A stretch of 64,000 bases of DNA from a virus, in IMG/VR virus record IMGVR_UViG_3300038463_000401. One strand, given 5' to 3'. A program made the position numbers and the translations under genes. The notes under the pieces were generated by a model, which saw only the letters and a program-made list of their open reading frames with translations, was not told the DNA's origin and ran no database searches. Position 1 is the stretch's first letter, and each line of letters begins with the position of its first letter. Positions 60,049 through 64,000 of this stretch are shown here, one piece after another.

Positions 60049-63000
60049 CGACTTTACCCAGCGGTAGTGGTTCTGTTCCGCCCACTACTCTGAGTGGTGT
60101 TGTGATACCGAGCTTGTGCAGGTCCATTGCCCAGTACCTCTTCTGCGCTTTGAGCGAGGAAACGTAGACTGACTCCGTTGACTCGTTCTGCTTGTTGGTC
60201 CTGAGATACCCGTCTTCGTAAAGCTGCCGGCCAATGGACTTGATCGTACCCACCAGGTTGGTGTTGCGCAGGTAATTCTTGACCGCTTCCCATGCCGCGG
60301 TTGGATGGATAAACGCAATGTGCGCCGACCCAATGTCCCGGGACTGGATAAAGCCGATCTGCGGCTTCCCTTCAGCAACATACCCCTCTAGGTCCTTGAT
60401 GGACACCTGCCTGGTATCAATCAAGTAGTATAGGGCCTCAGCAAATATCCGGCCATTCTGCTCGTTCTCGCAGTTGCCAATGGTGCCAAACGCCAACGAG
60501 ACGATGTGGTGCCAATGCTCTGCGATTAGCTCCTCCTGTTCCCTTGGCCCAACCACCCCGCTATGCAGCATGAACTCTACCCAGAGCTGCCAAGTCAGGT
60601 GGTTGATAGCCAGGTTAACCGCAACGCGCGCGGCGTTCTGCCGGCTTTGGAACTCCGTCTGAAGCTTCATCCGGATGTCGTTGAGCTTTGGCTTGAACGA
60701 CGACACGTCGGCATTCAAGATCCAGTGGATGAACCTAGCGGTCACCCCTTGGTAGTTCTGGTAGAACTCCTGGCACCGGTTGTAACTGTCGAGCGTCTTT
60801 GTCGTATCCTGCCGTTTTGTCTCGATCAGGATGGTTCTGGCAATGATGCTCGCCTCCCCGCTAATGAACTGCTCGCCGGTGCCTAGAATGGTTGCCCGAA
60901 CGGCCTTCAGCGCGCGCGGCGTCCCATCCCTGTTCAGCTTAACTGACTCTTGCCGGTCGTAGCCGTAGTGGAAGAGATCCGTTACGGCTGCGATCTGGTA
61001 CTTGTCGAGGCCCTTATAGTCGTCTAGCACCAGCAGCGCGTCCTTGCATTCGAACGCTTCGTACATCGCCCCGTTACCGGATGACTTCAGGTTCAACACC
61101 TTATCGAAGTTGCCCCAAAACCATTGCAACGCACAGGCTAGTTCCGTCTTGCCAGCTCCGGTAAGCCCCTCGAAGAAGAGCGACGGCTGCTGCTTCAGCT
61201 GGAAGATGTGTGACGTGACCGGTAACATCGCATGGGATATTCCAATCGTCGTCCACTGCCGCGGCCAGCTATTGAGCATGTCCGTCTTGATGCTCATCAT
61301 CGCCGACATAAACTCGTCGTCACCAAGGATCTTGAAGTCATACTTCCGGGCATATGCCTTGTTTGAGAGATCCAGCCGCATCTCTGTATTAGGCTTTACT
61401 CCGTCTTTGTCCACAACCACGCTCGGCATGATATAGGAATTGCCATACCAGCCCTGAGTTGTCAGGTACTCGTTGTAGGCAATCCCAGCCTTGATCGAAA
61501 AGGCCATAGCAGCCTGACGCACGCCGCCAAGGTTTTGCCGAATGATGTTGTAGCCAGAGCTTAAGAGGCGCCCGAAGTACTTCGAGAATTCGGTGTTGTC
61601 CTCCCACGTGTCCGAATCCACCTCAAACTTGCGCTCCATGCCATGGGTACGCGCCGTGCCGAGGTAGACTGTCTTAACCACCTTGCCTTCGTCGGTGTAG
61701 GACTTCACCTCCTCAATCTGGAAGTCCGTCTGCGAGATCGACTTCTGTGTCTTATCCTTGAGGTTGACCGTCGAGTAGCCATAAGGCCGATCCTTCTTGT
61801 ACGAGTTACCCTGGATGTGCAAGATGTCGTCGCGCTTGGACGTCGACTCCTTGTACTCCTTGGTGGCCTCGGCTTTGCCTTCACGGAAGGCTTTGCCGAT
61901 TTCGCCGACGCGGGAGACTTTGTTGGACTTGAGGAAGTCCTTCAGCTCTTTCTGCTGATCCTCGTCGAAGACCATTGCGCGTACAGCGAGGGCTGCGAGT
62001 GCTTTGGCCTTTGCGTCGGTGTCCTCCACATCCTTTAGCGCAAGTGCCTCCTCCATAAGACGCTTGAGGAAGTCTTCGCCTTTGCCGAAGGCGTAGCGAA
62101 CTGGTGAGGGCTGGATCCACTCACGCTCTGGGGCGTCGTGCAGCGTGACTTGTTGGCCCTCAACCGTTATAGTCGGCGGGCGTGGTTTGAAGCATTGAGT
62201 CTTCGGCAGACAAATACCATTTTCTCTCATCTTCTGGCACGTATGCGGACGATAATTTTTGTCCACCGAGTGCTCTAGCTGCTTCCAGTCTTGCTCGTTC
62301 TGTCCCCATCCAGGGACGTTCTTGCGAAACCAGTCCAGCCCATCTACCGTCGCCATGCACATGTGAAAAAGGGAAAAACCCTCTTGATGGGATACTACCT
62401 GCCCAGCTAAAGCCTTATCGCGCACACGGCGCAGTGCAGCGCAGCCATCCAACACCTTCTCTATAGAGCCTTGCAGCGGCGGCTGCCACTTAGAGTTCCT
62501 CGAGTTTCCCATGCCGGTGCTGTAAGTGCGGGAGGGGCCAGAGGTCTGCTGTTCTTCGATCAGCTCGATCCCTTCCTTCTCGATAACTGCATCGAGCTGG
62601 GCAACAGACACGAGCGGAAATGTATCTAGGAAGTTCCACTGCGCTTCGATTACGTGGTCGATGGGCACAGAGTCATCGTCCACCCCCTCGGCAATCTCTG
62701 CCAAGGGAACCAAGTGCAGATGACCCTTTTCCACTACCGGAGCTGGCACTGGCTGAAGATCTGCTTTGAAGCGTCCGATCACAATGTTTCGCTCATCGAC
62801 GAAACAATTGCGCCCAACACTAAAGCGATGCTCGACACAGGGGGGCTTAATTCCGTTTCCAATGCCTGAAGGGCTGTTGGCGCTTTGCTTGGGGAAAACC
62901 TCCGGCAATCCCTTAATGCCCATACGGAGGTTTTGCATAAAGCCAACGCGCTCGCAGAGTTCGTACATTATGGAACGAACTTTGTACGCAGGATAGAAAG

Positions 63001-63460
63001 CATCGAGGAACCCATATAAATGCCATCCCGCGGTTGTCGACCTAGCTGCCGCAGTGGGAATGCCCCATTCTTTTAGCTGCTGCTGCGCCCGCGATACCTC
63101 TGCCCAGGTATAGCGCTTCGTCACTTCCATGTGTTCCTTCGCATCGAAGTCGAGTGCGAAGAACTTCACAGTGTTGTCGAGAAGTAACGTGTAGTGGATA
63201 ATTTCGTCATCGCCGTGGATGTGGCGAAGCACAGACTCGTCGCTGACTGGAACGTACTGCTTAATCTCACAGCTATCGCAACGAGTGCCGTCGCGGAGCT
63301 TCAGGTGGCAGCGATCAGACCAGATATTGGCACATTTGGGGCTGTAGGAGCCTCGCTGCTTCCCGTCCTCCTGTTGCACATAGAACTTGACCCCGAAAAC
63401 ATCTTGCCTGCCGTAGAATTTTTGGCGGAAGATGCGTGCCTTGTCCTGGTCTGAATACAT
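60032..63460 (-). CDS. Primase-helicase: AEP (TOTE-like) + PriL-like Cys cluster + P-loop helicase
   Basis: GRQDVFG, FALDFD, RSTTAGWHLYGF, VFPKQ; LDGCAAL...FHMC...PHTCQ...C; EGLTGAGKT, LVLDDY. Confidence 0.85.
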   Translation of the reverse strand: MYSDQDKARIFRQKFYGRQDVFGVKFYVQQEDGKQRGSYSPKCANIWSDRCHLKLRDGTRCDSCEIKQYVPVSDESVLRHIHGDDEIIHYTLLLDNTVKFFALDFDAKEHMEVTKRYTWAEVSRAQQQLKEWGIPTAAARSTTAGWHLYGFLDAFYPAYKVRSIMYELCERVGFMQNLRMGIKGLPEVFPKQSANSPSGIGNGIKPPCVEHRFSVGRNCFVDERNIVIGRFKADLQPVPAPVVEKGHLHLVPLAEIAEGVDDDSVPIDHVIEAQWNFLDTFPLVSVAQLDAVIEKEGIELIEEQQTSGPSRTYSTGMGNSRNSKWQPPLQGSIEKVLDGCAALRRVRDKALAGQVVSHQEGFSLFHMCMATVDGLDWFRKNVPGWGQNEQDWKQLEHSVDKNYRPHTCQKMRENGICLPKTQCFKPRPPTITVEGQQVTLHDAPEREWIQPSPVRYAFGKGEDFLKRLMEEALALKDVEDTDAKAKALAALAVRAMVFDEDQQKELKDFLKSNKVSRVGEIGKAFREGKAEATKEYKESTSKRDDILHIQGNSYKKDRPYGYSTVNLKDKTQKSISQTDFQIEEVKSYTDEGKVVKTVYLGTARTHGMERKFEVDSDTWEDNTEFSKYFGRLLSSGYNIIRQNLGGVRQAAMAFSIKAGIAYNEYLTTQGWYGNSYIMPSVVVDKDGVKPNTEMRLDLSNKAYARKYDFKILGDDEFMSAMMSIKTDMLNSWPRQWTTIGISHAMLPVTSHIFQLKQQPSLFFEGLTGAGKTELACALQWFWGNFDKVLNLKSSGNGAMYEAFECKDALLVLDDYKGLDKYQIAAVTDLFHYGYDRQESVKLNRDGTPRALKAVRATILGTGEQFISGEASIIARTILIETKRQDTTKTLDSYNRCQEFYQNYQGVTARFIHWILNADVSSFKPKLNDIRMKLQTEFQSRQNAARVAVNLAINHLTWQLWVEFMLHSGVVGPREQEELIAEHWHHIVSLAFGTIGNCENEQNGRIFAEALYYLIDTRQVSIKDLEGYVAEGKPQIGFIQSRDIGSAHIAFIHPTAAWEAVKNYLRNTNLVGTIKSIGRQLYEDGYLRTNKQNESTESVYVSSLKAQKRYWAMDLHKLGITTPLRVVGGTEPLPLGKVDDVSF

Positions 63461-63463
63461 AAC

Positions 63464-64000
63464 TCACTCCCTGATGTTAAGTTCCCGCGCCCGACGCGCT
63501 TCCCACATACGCTTATACTTATCGTTGCCAATAGCCCCTGACGGCGTGAACACAGCACGCTCTTCGCTCCACCCCTTGGACAGGCGAGTGCAGATGCAAG
63601 ATGTAGATAGGCCCACCTCTGCGGCCCAATCCACCAGTAATTGGGTTCTGCCGTTAAGGGTGATGGGGTGCAGACCCGCACGGTTTCTTGCTTGTTCAGT
63701 AGGCGTGGCCCACCGGCAAAGACCGGGGCCATAGTTACCGCCCTTCATTCGATCCAGGCTTGTACCCGGCGGTCTCTTCCCCATGTCAGCAAGAAAATTT
63801 TCAAAAGTGTGCCAACGTAGGTCAACCGTCACCCCCTTAGCCCCATAGCTCTGGTAGCTTTTGCGCGCAGGATTGTAGCATCGGTCCATCATGGCACCCC
63901 AAGACTGATACTCTCGGGAACATCTTCCTGTTGGATGGTGTCCGTGGGTTGTGTTGGCAGTTACTCTGGTTTCTTTCTGCAGGCACCCACAGGATTTGGT
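63464..64000 (-). CDS. HNH-type homing endonuclease, 5'-truncated by the window edge
   Basis: Frame is open to the edge (TKSCGCL...YQSWGAMMDRC); FENFLADMG.RP...SLDR...YGPGLCRWAT...Q.RN. Confidence 0.85.
   Translation of the reverse strand, partial: TKSCGCLQKETRVTANTTHGHHPTGRCSREYQSWGAMMDRCYNPARKSYQSYGAKGVTVDLRWHTFENFLADMGKRPPGTSLDRMKGGNYGPGLCRWATPTEQARNRAGLHPITLNGRTQLLVDWAAEVGLSTSCICTRLSKGWSEERAVFTPSGAIGNDKYKRMWEARRARELNIRE

Larger units (their letters stand above)
1..64000. mobile_element. Segment of a large contractile-tailed (myovirus-type) bacteriophage genome
   Basis: Head-neck-sheath-tube module on +; dense small-ORF and replication block on -; overlapping stop/start junctions; no housekeeping genes, integrase or att site seen. 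Confidence 0.95.

Noticed and set aside
1-64000. tRNA/rRNA genes, stop-codon reassignment, introns or inteins
   Set aside because: No cloverleaf or T-loop motifs noticed by eye; recognisable genes are full length in code 11 with all three stops used; no interrupted conserved gene. A tRNAscan run would be decisive.
1-64000. Integrated prophage boundaries
   Set aside because: No integrase, att-like repeat or host gene; both edges cut phage genes.

Overview
The whole window is part of a large tailed (myovirus-type) dsDNA phage genome in the standard genetic code. No host genes, tRNAs or CRISPR arrays were seen. 1-17.9 kb (+) is a virion module: 5'-truncated prohead protease, several Ala/Glu/Lys-rich head proteins, decoration protein, major capsid protein, neck proteins, tail terminator, 821-aa sheath and tube. 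It is interleaved with eight ORFs or modules that share the leader F-W-x-G-[FI]-x-K-x-A, including an SNF2-type helicase and a Nudix fusion. 18.0-19.5 kb is a divergently transcribed cassette: a GspC-like HR+PDZ protein and a papain-like C1A peptidase. 19.5-64 kb is almost entirely (-) strand early/replication and accessory genes: Pif1 helicase, CX5R phosphatase, SSB, Cas4-like nuclease, beta-clamp, dNMP kinase, HAD phosphatase, a 45-unit pentapeptide repeat, Rad50-like ATPase, an origin-like AT-rich palindrome, amidase, two lipoproteins, a 1142-aa primase-helicase and HNH endonucleases. The best candidate for an undescribed system is a capsid-targeting and maturation code: a portable FWxGFxKxA leader plus K-x-A sites that saturate the head proteins. 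Recurrent DNA signals (GGAGAACAC x14, GGTATAAG x9) were located by eye. All family calls come from motif recognition; no database searches were run.
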